64,000 nt of DNA from a virus: the IMG/VR virus record IMGVR_UViG_3300029231_000002, positions 7,518 through 71,517 of that record; one strand, 5' to 3'. The notes beneath the pieces were generated by a model. The model made no database searches. It was not told the DNA's origin and saw only the letters and a list, made by a program, of their open reading frames with translations. Shown here one piece after another: positions 49,105 to 58,905 of this stretch (the first letter of the stretch is position 1; every line of letters starts with the position of its first letter). A program made the translations under genes and the position numbers.

Positions 49105-50430
49105 TTATGGATTTACAAGAGTATCTTCAGCGACATCCATGATTTCCTTGTTTAATACTTCGATAGGTATTGCTAGAAATCTATTATATTGACTGTGTTC
49201 TGCAAAATCCTTTAATATATCACCTACATTTCCAGGTATAAAATCTGTTCCGTCTGCGATATATCCATTAGTATTAGCATGTAAACTCATTGGATATCCA
49301 AAATTCTTCGTAAACCTACACAGGACATTTTCATCACGCCTAAAGCTCCCAATAAATTTGCCAGGATATATAATTTTATCATTTTCTACATAGAATGGGA
49401 GTATTGCCATAAGACCATGAGTTTCATCTAGTATCCTCATTGCCAGGTCAGGACTCACCTCAGATTTCATCTGATTACGCCTAATATACAAAGTCATACG
49501 TTTATTGAAGCGATCATGAAATTTATCTTCATTAAAGTCTGCAGGGAATACTACTTTCTTATATACGTCATCTCTGAACTTCTTAATTAGGATTTTAAAT
49601 CTTTCCTGACGAGGAGGTCTATTTTCTTGAGGCTTGGTTGCAGGTTTAGTTTCAGTTTGTGGAACCTCTACTGGAGGGACAGGTAATTCCTTACACTCAG
49701 CTTTAGATTCCGCGTCTGCAGATATAACGATGCATATACTTTTAAAGATTTTTTCCAGTTTATCTAATAACGTTGAATATATATTATGTATATTAAGCTC
49801 CTGGATATCATTGCACATCTTTTTATGTCTTTTTCTAACCAGTTCTAAATTCAAAGATTTAGCATCTAATGTTGCTAAAGTAAAATACATATCTGCAAGT
49901 TCTTTTAGAGATGCTTTGTTGAATACATCAGCTAAAAAGGCATCGATTGTAGGGCATATATCTTCATATTCTTTTCTTGGGGTAGGTGTTATTTCTTTAG
50001 TAGAGGAATCGTCATCTAATACTATTGCACTTGAAAACCAATCTATAAGAGTTTTTACGCACACACCTTGAACTTTACCATATAATGCCCAATCGAGATC
50101 CGGGGTTCCCCAGGGGTATCCTCCATATACATCTCTAAGCCAGTGATCAACAATACCATGGGATAGTACAAATGATATAAGTTTACCAGACTCCAATTCT
50201 ATACCAAATTTCCAGTCATCTTTACGAGTATAGGGTACCGATATCCCATAGCAGCATTTTTCATAGAAAAATCTATGAACTAATTCATGTTGTAATTCTG
50301 GAGTAAGTTTTTGATTGAACTTTAATTCATCCTGAATAAATTTAATTAGCGCATCTGTTATTTCTCGATGATCTGGGGATTCATGGAATACCTTTAAAAT
50401 GTGATCTCTTAATTTTATGTCGTTTATCAT
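49105..50430 (-). CDS. hypothetical protein
   Basis: 441-aa ORF. Confidence 0.55.
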   Translation of the reverse strand: MINDIKLRDHILKVFHESPDHREITDALIKFIQDELKFNQKLTPELQHELVHRFFYEKCCYGISVPYTRKDDWKFGIELESGKLISFVLSHGIVDHWLRDVYGGYPWGTPDLDWALYGKVQGVCVKTLIDWFSSAIVLDDDSSTKEITPTPRKEYEDICPTIDAFLADVFNKASLKELADMYFTLATLDAKSLNLELVRKRHKKMCNDIQELNIHNIYSTLLDKLEKIFKSICIVISADAESKAECKELPVPPVEVPQTETKPATKPQENRPPRQERFKILIKKFRDDVYKKVVFPADFNEDKFHDRFNKRMTLYIRRNQMKSEVSPDLAMRILDETHGLMAILPFYVENDKIIYPGKFIGSFRRDENVLCRFTKNFGYPMSLHANTNGYIADGTDFIPGNVGDILKDFAEHSQYNRFLAIPIEVLNKEIMDVAEDTLVNP

Positions 50431-50484
50431 ATCAACGACCTCCTTATTAAAATTTTGATACTATTACCTAGTATCTATACAATA

Positions 50485-50497
50485 TACTTATACCAAT
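50485..50497 (-). promoter_or_regulatory. conserved extended -10 motif copy 5 (TGGTATAAGTATAT), in the divergent region with the sigma factor gene
   Basis: About 55 nt upstream of the 49105..50430 start. Confidence 0.4.
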
Positions 50498-50543
50498 CCA
50501 GGTATAATAAAAGCATAAGAAAGAATGTGAAAGGAGAAATAAA

Positions 50544-51308
50544 ATGGTTAGACCTAAGTTAGTCGGGTTCCAAGAGGGTAAAGTTGGCCTTAAGGCATCT
50601 AATCAATATTCTGATTCCGATTTGGAACTTTGGCGTAAATATAAACAAGGTAATATTCAAGCTAAATGGGATTTATTGAAAAAATTCCATGGTGTCATTG
50701 TAAGCAATGCCAGAAAGCTTAGCAATGTACGGCCGTACTCTGTTGTAGAAGCAGAGCTTAAAGAACTTACGTTGAAAGCCTTTGATACTTATAATCCTGC
50801 AATGGGAGCCAAGTTATCAACGCATGTAATCAATACTTACAAAAAAGTAAGCCGTGAAAATATCAGTAATCAACATGCCATCCGTATTCCGGAAAATGTA
50901 CACTTTAAGTTTCGACCTATCACTGAGGCTACGGAATACCTGTCGGAGGCTCTTAATAGAGAGCCAACTCACCAGGAGATAGCAGAGTTTACTGGGTGGT
51001 CAGTGCCGAAAGTTATTGACGCTACTACCAGGCTTCGTCGTGAACTGGTAGAGAGTAAACAGACGTTTGATCCAGGGATACATGAAACTGATCCTACTGA
51101 ACAAGCGTTATACTATGCTTACCATGTGCTTGATAATCCTGGTAAATATATACTTGAGCATACAACTGGTTATGGCGGCAAAGTAGAATTGCCTGACTCC
51201 AAAATCAGGACTTACTTAAAACTTACACCACATATGTATAATAAAAAGAAAAACGAAGTTATCGGAGTTGTACGAGAAGCTCTTAATACAGCGTCCGAAG
51301 GCTTCTAA
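50544..51308 (+). CDS. sigma-70-family RNA polymerase sigma factor
   Basis: KLSTHVINTYKKVSRENISNQHAIRIPENVHFKF...EALNREPTHQEIAEF aligns with SigA region 2.4-3 (KFSTYATWWIRQAI...IRIPVHMVE...LGREPTPEEIAE). Confidence 0.7.
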   Translation: MVRPKLVGFQEGKVGLKASNQYSDSDLELWRKYKQGNIQAKWDLLKKFHGVIVSNARKLSNVRPYSVVEAELKELTLKAFDTYNPAMGAKLSTHVINTYKKVSRENISNQHAIRIPENVHFKFRPITEATEYLSEALNREPTHQEIAEFTGWSVPKVIDATTRLRRELVESKQTFDPGIHETDPTEQALYYAYHVLDNPGKYILEHTTGYGGKVELPDSKIRTYLKLTPHMYNKKKNEVIGVVREALNTASEGF

Positions 51309-51320
51309 CGAGGTAAGGCT

Positions 51321-52802
51321 ATGATAGTTCTCCATCCATTAAAAGGTACACGTCATGCAGATACCGATACTTTTAGGATCTCTACAAATTATAAATTTGC
51401 TGAATTATTAAAAAAATATATCGAGATAAAAGGTGACGAATGTATGCTTTCACGGGAATCGCTGGATGCAACAGAGCCGGACCTTAGAGATATAAAAGTT
51501 AAATATGCACCTACGGTAACTATAACTATTGATTGCTATACCGACCTTGATGCTTCTATTTCAGGCTATAACATTCTCTGTGATAGCTATAACGCCCTTG
51601 TAGGTACAATTAACTATGAAACTTATCAGCAGAAACGTACACCAATAGATTCATTGGGTTATACCCAGACAAACAGTTTAAAATATGGAACTATTTCGGA
51701 TATAACCTATTATATTGGGTATGTTACTAATATAGATGATATGAAGTATCTAAAAAATGATGAAAATTTAGATACTCTGGCTAAACGTATTATTGAAGGA
51801 TCATATGGTCCGCCTGTTAAAACAGTAGAAGATAATGACCCAGTTGGTAATGATGACCCTTATTTTTACAGAATAGATACCTGGAAAGAAAATGAAACAG
51901 TAGATGGTTGCTCAGGGAAAATTCTGGAAACTTTGTATTCGGGATTACCTGTTAGGTATCTATCGATTTCATCGTTCCCCAAAGCTGATACAAATTATAA
52001 CTGGCATACGCCGTTAACATATACTACTCCAACTACTTGCTTGTTTATTGGCTCTGTTCGTGCCCAGGGCGGTACTGCCACTGCGTATATGAAAGTCGGG
52101 AATACGGAGTATACTGAGATCATCGAAGATACTACCTTCCGAATTGTAATATTTGAAGCAGAGGTCAACGAGGGAGACAATGTACATATCGGAGTCCAGG
52201 GTTCCGGAAGATTAGACTACTCAGGTATTTGGGTTTCCCCTAAAGGAACATTAGGTAACCTTGATGATCCGCGTTCTACCTATTCTATCTTCCCTCCGGG
52301 CTACCGTTCCGTAAGCCGAGTTTCATCTGCGTATAACAGTGCAGATGCTATTCATATCGCGCTTACCAGTGCTAAGACACTTATTGAGCGTGCCAAAGAT
52401 AAAACGATGCCTACTATTGGCAGTCAATTGACTCAGGAAGAAGCTACGTCTGAAAGTAGTGGCGGGGATTCCCTGACTCAATTTGTTTTTACAGCGTTAG
52501 GCTATGCAAGCGCATTAAGCGGCATCATGGGTATTTTAAACGAATTCTCCAGTGATAAATTAAATATCGTAGATCCTACAAAGATCAACGTGGATTATAA
52601 AGCGTTAGAAAATTCTATATCAGCTATAGCCAGTGTTCAAAAACGAACAGAAATGATTAACGCAGTAAATGATATAAAAAATATGGCAGGTGCTGTTGGT
52701 GGATTAACGAGCACTGCCGAAGAAGTTACAGAGCAAGGTAAGGCTTTGGCTGAAAAAGTTCAAAGTAAAATTGAGGCAAAGGGGGAAGCACTTAAATCAT
52801 GA
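51321..52802 (+). CDS. baseplate/tail protein (unassigned)
   Basis: 493 aa. First gene of the baseplate block after the sigma factor. Confidence 0.5.
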   Translation: MIVLHPLKGTRHADTDTFRISTNYKFAELLKKYIEIKGDECMLSRESLDATEPDLRDIKVKYAPTVTITIDCYTDLDASISGYNILCDSYNALVGTINYETYQQKRTPIDSLGYTQTNSLKYGTISDITYYIGYVTNIDDMKYLKNDENLDTLAKRIIEGSYGPPVKTVEDNDPVGNDDPYFYRIDTWKENETVDGCSGKILETLYSGLPVRYLSISSFPKADTNYNWHTPLTYTTPTTCLFIGSVRAQGGTATAYMKVGNTEYTEIIEDTTFRIVIFEAEVNEGDNVHIGVQGSGRLDYSGIWVSPKGTLGNLDDPRSTYSIFPPGYRSVSRVSSAYNSADAIHIALTSAKTLIERAKDKTMPTIGSQLTQEEATSESSGGDSLTQFVFTALGYASALSGIMGILNEFSSDKLNIVDPTKINVDYKALENSISAIASVQKRTEMINAVNDIKNMAGAVGGLTSTAEEVTEQGKALAEKVQSKIEAKGEALKS

Positions 52803-53239
52803 TTTCAGGTTTAATAATGACACCTAGGCTTGAAAGCAATATTGGTCCTGTTCGTGTTAGTTATACACTTGATCCCTATGATAAAGTGGCAGGACCTTTG
52901 CGGGCAATGCAGAAATTTACAGTTATTTTAATGACTGGGGTAGGTACTGATCCTATCCGTCCCTGGTTTGGAACTAAACTTTCTAAGTTAGTACGAATGA
53001 ATGTTGTTGATACTACAGAGACAAAAGTGTTTGTAAGAGACCAGGTATCGGAAGCTATCAGACAGTTCTTTAAACTCCAGAGTCTTGAGAGCTCTCAAAA
53101 TACACAAACAGCAGATGATATCATTACTTCTATAGAATTGATATCACTTGACATAAATGCTGCTAATCAAATCTCCATCACTGTACGGTTTACTCCGGCT
53201 AAAGCTGCATCGATAGTATATTCGATGAAAGTAAACTGA
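52799..53239 (+). CDS. putative baseplate wedge protein (gp25/GPW-like)
   Basis: 146 aa. Size, position and general pattern. Weak. Confidence 0.35.
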   Translation: MISGLIMTPRLESNIGPVRVSYTLDPYDKVAGPLRAMQKFTVILMTGVGTDPIRPWFGTKLSKLVRMNVVDTTETKVFVRDQVSEAIRQFFKLQSLESSQNTQTADDIITSIELISLDINAANQISITVRFTPAKAASIVYSMKVN

Positions 53240-53253
53240 GAAAGGAGGAAACA

Positions 53254-54720
53254 ATGGCGATAACTGATAATTTTGATACAACAGTTAATATGGAAACGAG
53301 AATATTTAATATTCTTTCAGATGCCTATCCCAATTTAGATTGCGGTCCAGGTACTCCTATTTATGAAATGTTAATACGTCCTGCTGCAATGATCTGGACA
53401 CGTCAAGCAGAAGGTGCAAAGCGACTTCAGGAATCTGTAGGATTACAAAATTATGTATCTATGGACAATGAAGACCTTGAACGTTTGATGAGTCGGTATT
53501 TTTTAACCAGACGTACAGGTAACTATGTGACAGGTGTAGTTCGAGTAATCTTTGGATCTAAGTCTGATATTTATATAAGTGCAGGCGATGTATGGGAAGC
53601 TAGTAATAGCAGAACATATGAAGTAGTATCTGACCACTTTGTAACTAAAGATGAGCTGCCAGGTGATGATGTTAATGGTTACTATGTTGATGTCTCTGTT
53701 AGATCACTTGGTACAGGTAGTTTTTATAATGCAGTAACTAATGACGCCGTAACAGTTACGGGTTCTGTAGCTGCTTTTGTACGCAGAGCATATTTTCTTG
53801 CTGATACAAGTGATGGCGGTATTGTAGAATCGAACTATGTGTTTTATAATAGAGGCAAGGATGAACTGGCATTACGGGGACTCTTTGCATATAAAACTGT
53901 TAAAGCTATTTTACGTGATAACTTTGATAATATTCAGGAAGTAGTACCCGTAGGTATCAGAGATAACGAAATGATTCGTGACCTGGTAAATATACGTGGT
54001 GTAGGCACTGTACATATTGGGGGTAAATGCGATATTTATATTCGCAATAATACCTTTAATATAAAAAGCGGTTATGTAGCTCCGTTGGGATTTCCATTAG
54101 CTTTTAATGGCAAGAGTTTGATCAATGAACCTGAAGAATTAATGCAGGCGTGGAATGATGCAAACCTGCTTCCTAATGATACATCACTGCGTGGTTCTGT
54201 AAAAGAAGAGGTACCATTGCTTACCCCGGCTTCTCCTATGAGCAGCTTAACATCAAGTATCTCGGATGTTGAAGATTTTGTAAACAACTCTAATAATGAG
54301 CTGTTGCATACAGATAATCTTGTAAAACAAATGTGGCCGCTGGTATTCACTGCTTCAATAAAAGTCTCAGATATTGAATCGAGTACTGCGATTGCAAAGG
54401 TAAAACAGGCAATATCTCAGTACGTAAATGAATTACGGGATTCCGACTATCCACAGGTAGCTGAAATTGCTCACATTATTCGTGATGCTGGGGTTATGAT
54501 GGTACACTTGCCGATCGATGTAAAATGTTATTATTTAACCGAGGATCTACGTATGGAACGTATTGGTCTTGATTTATACCGTCAACCTCAAGATTCTATT
54601 CTCCGTCCTTTGGAATCTGACAGTTTAAAATTTATAATCGAAGACCGGTCACAGATCTCTATGCGTACATGCTGCTGGTACACGAATGAAGACTTGATAA
54701 AAGTTGATGTGGAGGCGTAG
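53254..54720 (+). CDS. putative baseplate J-like protein
   Basis: 488 aa. Synteny after the gp25-like gene only. Confidence 0.35.
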   Translation: MAITDNFDTTVNMETRIFNILSDAYPNLDCGPGTPIYEMLIRPAAMIWTRQAEGAKRLQESVGLQNYVSMDNEDLERLMSRYFLTRRTGNYVTGVVRVIFGSKSDIYISAGDVWEASNSRTYEVVSDHFVTKDELPGDDVNGYYVDVSVRSLGTGSFYNAVTNDAVTVTGSVAAFVRRAYFLADTSDGGIVESNYVFYNRGKDELALRGLFAYKTVKAILRDNFDNIQEVVPVGIRDNEMIRDLVNIRGVGTVHIGGKCDIYIRNNTFNIKSGYVAPLGFPLAFNGKSLINEPEELMQAWNDANLLPNDTSLRGSVKEEVPLLTPASPMSSLTSSISDVEDFVNNSNNELLHTDNLVKQMWPLVFTASIKVSDIESSTAIAKVKQAISQYVNELRDSDYPQVAEIAHIIRDAGVMMVHLPIDVKCYYLTEDLRMERIGLDLYRQPQDSILRPLESDSLKFIIEDRSQISMRTCCWYTNEDLIKVDVEA

Positions 54721-54723
54721 CCT

Positions 54724-56547
54724 ATGCAACGTTATAACTCATGGCTTCAGACCTTAACACCAGACTTTTGGACTGAAAAGTTTAAGCCGAAAGATATTTT
54801 ACGAGTAACATCACATGCTGCATCTATTTTATCCTTACCTACCGATATATCTCTTTTAGCTCGGTATGATATAAATGAGATAAATGAGCATACTGTTGGT
54901 ATTACAAAAGTATGGCAAGAGTTTGAGTTTGGTGAGCCTACGTACCTTGAGGATGAGGATTATCCTTATGTGTACACAATTGATGAGAACTGGCTATTTT
55001 TAGATGCGTTTTACGATGCTTATGTAGACCCTGAAATCAATCTTCAAAATGAAGTAGACTTTAAATTAACTAAAGGTAAACTAGCATTTGTAAAAGAGGT
55101 ACCTAAAAAAAAGCTATTATTATCAAAGGGTCGCTATGCTGGACTGCGTATCTATAACGAGATCGGCAATCTCCTGGATTACAAGCGCCTGGACTCAACT
55201 ACATATAGAGACTCTATTGCTCCTATATTAGCAGGATTTTACTTGGGGCCTTCACCTAGAAATTTGCTTGCAATGCTTAACTTAGTCGTTGGCTTACCAG
55301 TTGCTAAGTATGGTGATGAAACCGTTATTAGTATTGCAAACCAAGTAGTAGAAACTGATAGATATTCCTATCCAATGGGTAATGCTAAAATCAGTGTAAA
55401 AGAGGGGGATGTTCTTTATAGATTTCAGCCTCTGTCAAGCACTGTTGAACTTATTACCCATAAAACACATCCTTATTGGTGGGAAACTCGACCAGTAGAT
55501 CTGTTTGCAAAGTATCTCATTGATGCTCCTATGACAGAAGAAATTAGAGATTATATCATGTCTAATTTCCTGTATGATGTGGTAGCTTATATCCGGTTAA
55601 ATCTCCAATGGCAAGATCTTCAAGTATTCCAGGACAATCAGGATATTCTCCAGTTATTCTATGATGCTTTGCCTACCAGGACCGATATATTTTTAACTCA
55701 GCAATACGTAGCTGAGTCTTATGATGATAACAATATAATGAGTCCAGACATTGATAGTCTAGGTGTACGACTGAATTTATCTGCAGTCTATGGTCTTAAG
55801 AATATACCTGGAGATATGTTTATTTACTCTAAGGATGTAGGTCGTCCGATATTTACGGATGATCTTTCAGATCCATTAGCTCTTACTTTAAATAATTATT
55901 ATTGGCATATCTTCGATAAAGAAGATGACGATAATTTTAATGAGTTCTGGAAAAGCAAGCCTAATCAACCGTCATATGTGGAACTTAACTACAGTAAAGT
56001 TTACTTTAGAGAAACAGATACTCCATTTGCTGAGCATAAAGAATTTCATCTTAGCCATATGACATTCCCTGCGGATGTAACTGACATGGGAATAAAACTT
56101 GATTTGAAGGGCGATACTTCTGGTGGTATTTACTCTGAGATCACCCAGGAACTAATAGATAGCACGCCCAGTTATAATTTTATACAGGGCGAAACTGTAT
56201 GTGGTATCCTGGAAATGGATAAGTGGGAAATGGATAATGTTGTTATGGCAAAGGATGGTCTGGTTGTATTTGATGGGGATAAGGGCAGCGTTGTTTCTCA
56301 GAGTTTCCCAATTGGCGGCATTCCTAAAAATATTTTTGCAAGAACAGAATATGATGCCCCAGAAGGAACTCTGGTTGATATAAAATATTCGCAGGATAAA
56401 ACAAACTGGCAACCAGTACCAGAAATACTGCGAGATATGACTGGGGTTATTTATTTTAAAATAACGATGTATGCTCTGGATCGTAAGAGTCCAACTTTTA
56501 GACGTCTGTATGTAAATTTACAGTATGGTGAGGAGGAAACAGTATGA
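54724..56547 (+). CDS. baseplate or tail fibre protein (unassigned)
   Basis: 607-aa ORF. Confidence 0.5.
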   Translation: MQRYNSWLQTLTPDFWTEKFKPKDILRVTSHAASILSLPTDISLLARYDINEINEHTVGITKVWQEFEFGEPTYLEDEDYPYVYTIDENWLFLDAFYDAYVDPEINLQNEVDFKLTKGKLAFVKEVPKKKLLLSKGRYAGLRIYNEIGNLLDYKRLDSTTYRDSIAPILAGFYLGPSPRNLLAMLNLVVGLPVAKYGDETVISIANQVVETDRYSYPMGNAKISVKEGDVLYRFQPLSSTVELITHKTHPYWWETRPVDLFAKYLIDAPMTEEIRDYIMSNFLYDVVAYIRLNLQWQDLQVFQDNQDILQLFYDALPTRTDIFLTQQYVAESYDDNNIMSPDIDSLGVRLNLSAVYGLKNIPGDMFIYSKDVGRPIFTDDLSDPLALTLNNYYWHIFDKEDDDNFNEFWKSKPNQPSYVELNYSKVYFRETDTPFAEHKEFHLSHMTFPADVTDMGIKLDLKGDTSGGIYSEITQELIDSTPSYNFIQGETVCGILEMDKWEMDNVVMAKDGLVVFDGDKGSVVSQSFPIGGIPKNIFARTEYDAPEGTLVDIKYSQDKTNWQPVPEILRDMTGVIYFKITMYALDRKSPTFRRLYVNLQYGEEETV

Positions 56548-57068
56548 ATAATATAGCAATAAATGATATTGCTAATAAAGATGCTTTAGGTATCTGTTCA
56601 GGATCGAAACTTATCGGTAGAGTAGGTTTTAAGTTGAAAGATGCAGAGGGTAATGTAGTTCAGGAAGGTAAAGTACCTAATAATATCGTATTGGGTATTA
56701 GGTACCCAATTATAAAACTATTAGGCGGCTGGGGGACTGATTCAGCAGATCTTCCGTTTGTTCGCCAATTAGCATTGGGAACCGGTGATACTGCAGTGAC
56801 TATCGCAGATGAACAACTTGACAGTGAATTATCAGGTTCTCGTAAATTAACCGCTACTGTTCCTACAATTGCGGATGATGGCTTAAGCCTTACATTTTCG
56901 TTCCTGTATGACATGGTAGACGATGCAGTAGATAATCAGGATATTAAAGAGATGGGCTTATTTACTACTGATGGTACAATGATAGCTCGTACTACAGTTG
57001 GGTTATGGCGTAAAACTCCTGGGTTATATTTTGAAGTCTACTGGACTATTGGCTATCAAAAACAATAA
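56544..57068 (+). CDS. tail fibre or baseplate-associated protein (unassigned)
   Basis: 174 aa. Last gene of the rightward block. Confidence 0.5.
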   Translation: MNNIAINDIANKDALGICSGSKLIGRVGFKLKDAEGNVVQEGKVPNNIVLGIRYPIIKLLGGWGTDSADLPFVRQLALGTGDTAVTIADEQLDSELSGSRKLTATVPTIADDGLSLTFSFLYDMVDDAVDNQDIKEMGLFTTDGTMIARTTVGLWRKTPGLYFEVYWTIGYQKQ

Positions 57069-57080
57069 CTAAAAAAAAGA

Positions 57081-57241
57081 AAACCCCGAAAAGTCTTAAC
57101 TACCTATAACACGCCCGATCATGCATGGCTGCCGGATCCGAAGTTCCTGGTTGGTTTTTAAGCTGTAAGCTTAAAAATAGGAAGACGACAATGAACTCAT
57201 TGTCAAACTCTGTTATAGGTAGTTAGGGCGTTTCGGGGTTT
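57081..57241. terminator. 160-bp quasi-palindrome: 31-bp inverted arms (AAACCCCGAAAAGTCTTAACTACCTATAACA / TGTTATAGGTAGTTAGGGCGTTTCGGGGTTT) enclosing about 95 nt with internal small hairpins. Acts at least as a bidirectional terminator (T8 run on minus side)
   Basis: Arms compared base by base (about 28 of 31). T-run TTTTCTTTTTTTT follows on the minus strand. Confidence 0.5.
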
Positions 57242-57247
57242 AATTAC

Positions 57248-57398
57248 TTTCATCTTATCTGACCTCCAGAAATTGGAGAAACGTTGATGGGAGTCGAACG
57301 TTAGGAAGCATGTGTTATATGTATAATATTAGTTATACATTAGGACATAACATAAGGAGATGCTAACGAAATATTTCTGGAGGTCAAATAAGATGAAA
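57248..57398. repeat. second 150-bp quasi-palindrome: 26-bp near-perfect inverted arms (TTTCATCTTATCTGACCTCCAGAAAT / ATTTCTGGAGGTCAAATAAGATGAAA) around a 96-nt imperfectly self-complementary core
   Basis: Read directly. The internal ATGTATA...TATACAT hairpin sits at the centre. Confidence 0.5.
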
Positions 57399-57834
57399 AT
57401 AAAGTATCTTGATATTATTAAGACTACCTAAGTAGTCCCCATGCGATTATACGGTCCCGTCGTTTTGGCGGATGAGGAGGTATAACGCGATGTCACGGGT
57501 TGTTTTCATAGGTTTATGACTGCCGTCTAAACCATAAGAAAAAACCATTAAGAACTCTTAATGAATCTCGACTACCTAGGCAGTCTTAATAATATCAAGA
57601 TAATAAAATACAGTATCCCATGTTGGCGCTATAATTAGTAATATCTTTCCTTACCGTTATCTATCCTATAATTTCTTATAGGAAGCGAGCATGTGACCAA
57701 CGGTACACAACCGCAATTGGGCCAGATGTTATTACTATTATTTATTTTTATTCCTAGAACTCTCGGAATGAAAATTATAACACATGAGATACTGTATTTA
57801 TAAATAGAAATAATATCTAATATTATTCCTACAG

Positions 57835-57847
57835 ATTACTTATACCA
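57835..57847 (-). promoter_or_regulatory. conserved extended -10 motif copy 6 (TGGTATAAGTAAT), 8 nt beyond the stop of 57856..58905, pointing into the non-coding region
   Basis: Motif identity. No minus-strand gene lies downstream. Confidence 0.4.
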
Positions 57848-57855
57848 AATTTTTT

Positions 57856-58905
57856 TTAATTAAGCGCATACGAATAATCAACAATTTTAGTAAGATCATC
57901 CTTATATTTTTCTAGGGATTCACTGTCGATCTTATTGAAATCAAAGATATCTATGAGCAAATATACCAGTTTATGTCTGAACGTTGTGTACCAACGAAGG
58001 TGCATGGGCTTTTCAAAATCTACTGCTGTAATTGAATAACTGTTTGCTAACATCATAAGTCCATAAACCTTAATCGGGGTCAACTCAGCCTTTAAATTTA
58101 TAAGTTTGAAGTATTCAGTACACGATTCGGATACCGATTTACAAAAAGCAATAGTTTCCATACCATCATTTGCGTATTTAAGTATGCACCCATGGTTTTC
58201 ATAGGATTCTTTGCTGGCATAGATACGACTGTCATCAGTTAGATACTCTTGACACTTTGGATACCAAACAGGATTATCTTTCCGATATTCTAACTCGGAA
58301 AGGACAGCATCATTGACTTCATCAATATCAGGGTCTAAATACTCTGGTGTTTTAGTTACCATTTCTTTAAAATAAGAACTCTGCGCTTTCCATAACGGAT
58401 CTGTTAAAAATTCGTCTTCAGTGTCAAACAAATCATATTCATAGGTATCATTTAAATAACTAACAGAATCACTATAATCTACGAGGCATAGATCTTTGAT
58501 AAGTTTAGAATTAACTTTATCTGACATAATATCTTGCAAAAGATCTGTGAAGTGACACCCCAATTCATAGATTATTTCATCTGCATTTCGAGTATCTTGA
58601 ATTGATGAATATATTAAATTCATGAATTCTGATAGATAATAGGTAACTTCAGAGGGAGATAACGGAGGTCCCATTGGTTGTTCCAACGCTTTACATCTAA
58701 TTTCCCCTTTATTATGATGGCAAGTAAAAGGCGCTAAGTCCAATAATGTATTCTCGTCTTCTTTTTGCGCCCTTTGTTTTGCCTTTTCTTTTTCTTCTTT
58801 TTCTCGTTCAACTTTTTCTTGTGCTAATTTTAACATTTCTGCGTTGACTATAATAGGTCCACTCTCCAACGCCTTTGTATCTATTTTGCTAACAGGTTCA
58901 GCCAT
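57856..58905 (-). CDS. hypothetical protein, third gene of the RT module
   Basis: 349 aa with a charged coiled-coil-like N-terminus. The start abuts the RT stop. Confidence 0.55.
   Translation of the reverse strand: MAEPVSKIDTKALESGPIIVNAEMLKLAQEKVEREKEEKEKAKQRAQKEDENTLLDLAPFTCHHNKGEIRCKALEQPMGPPLSPSEVTYYLSEFMNLIYSSIQDTRNADEIIYELGCHFTDLLQDIMSDKVNSKLIKDLCLVDYSDSVSYLNDTYEYDLFDTEDEFLTDPLWKAQSSYFKEMVTKTPEYLDPDIDEVNDAVLSELEYRKDNPVWYPKCQEYLTDDSRIYASKESYENHGCILKYANDGMETIAFCKSVSESCTEYFKLINLKAELTPIKVYGLMMLANSYSITAVDFEKPMHLRWYTTFRHKLVYLLIDIFDFNKIDSESLEKYKDDLTKIVDYSYALN

Larger units (their letters stand above)
57075..57830 (-). ncRNA. candidate structured non-coding transcript downstream of the RT module (promoter copy 6 to hairpin terminator)
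   Basis: No ORF of 60 aa or more. Bounded by the extended -10 at 57835-57847 and the terminator at 57081-57241. Dense secondary structure. Confidence 0.3.

Noticed and set aside
57248-57398. tRNA gene suggested by GTTCGACTCCC (T-loop-like) on the minus strand
   Set aside because: The flanking sequences do not form a T-stem or an acceptor stem, and no D-arm or anticodon arm could be built. The segment is part of the long quasi-palindrome.
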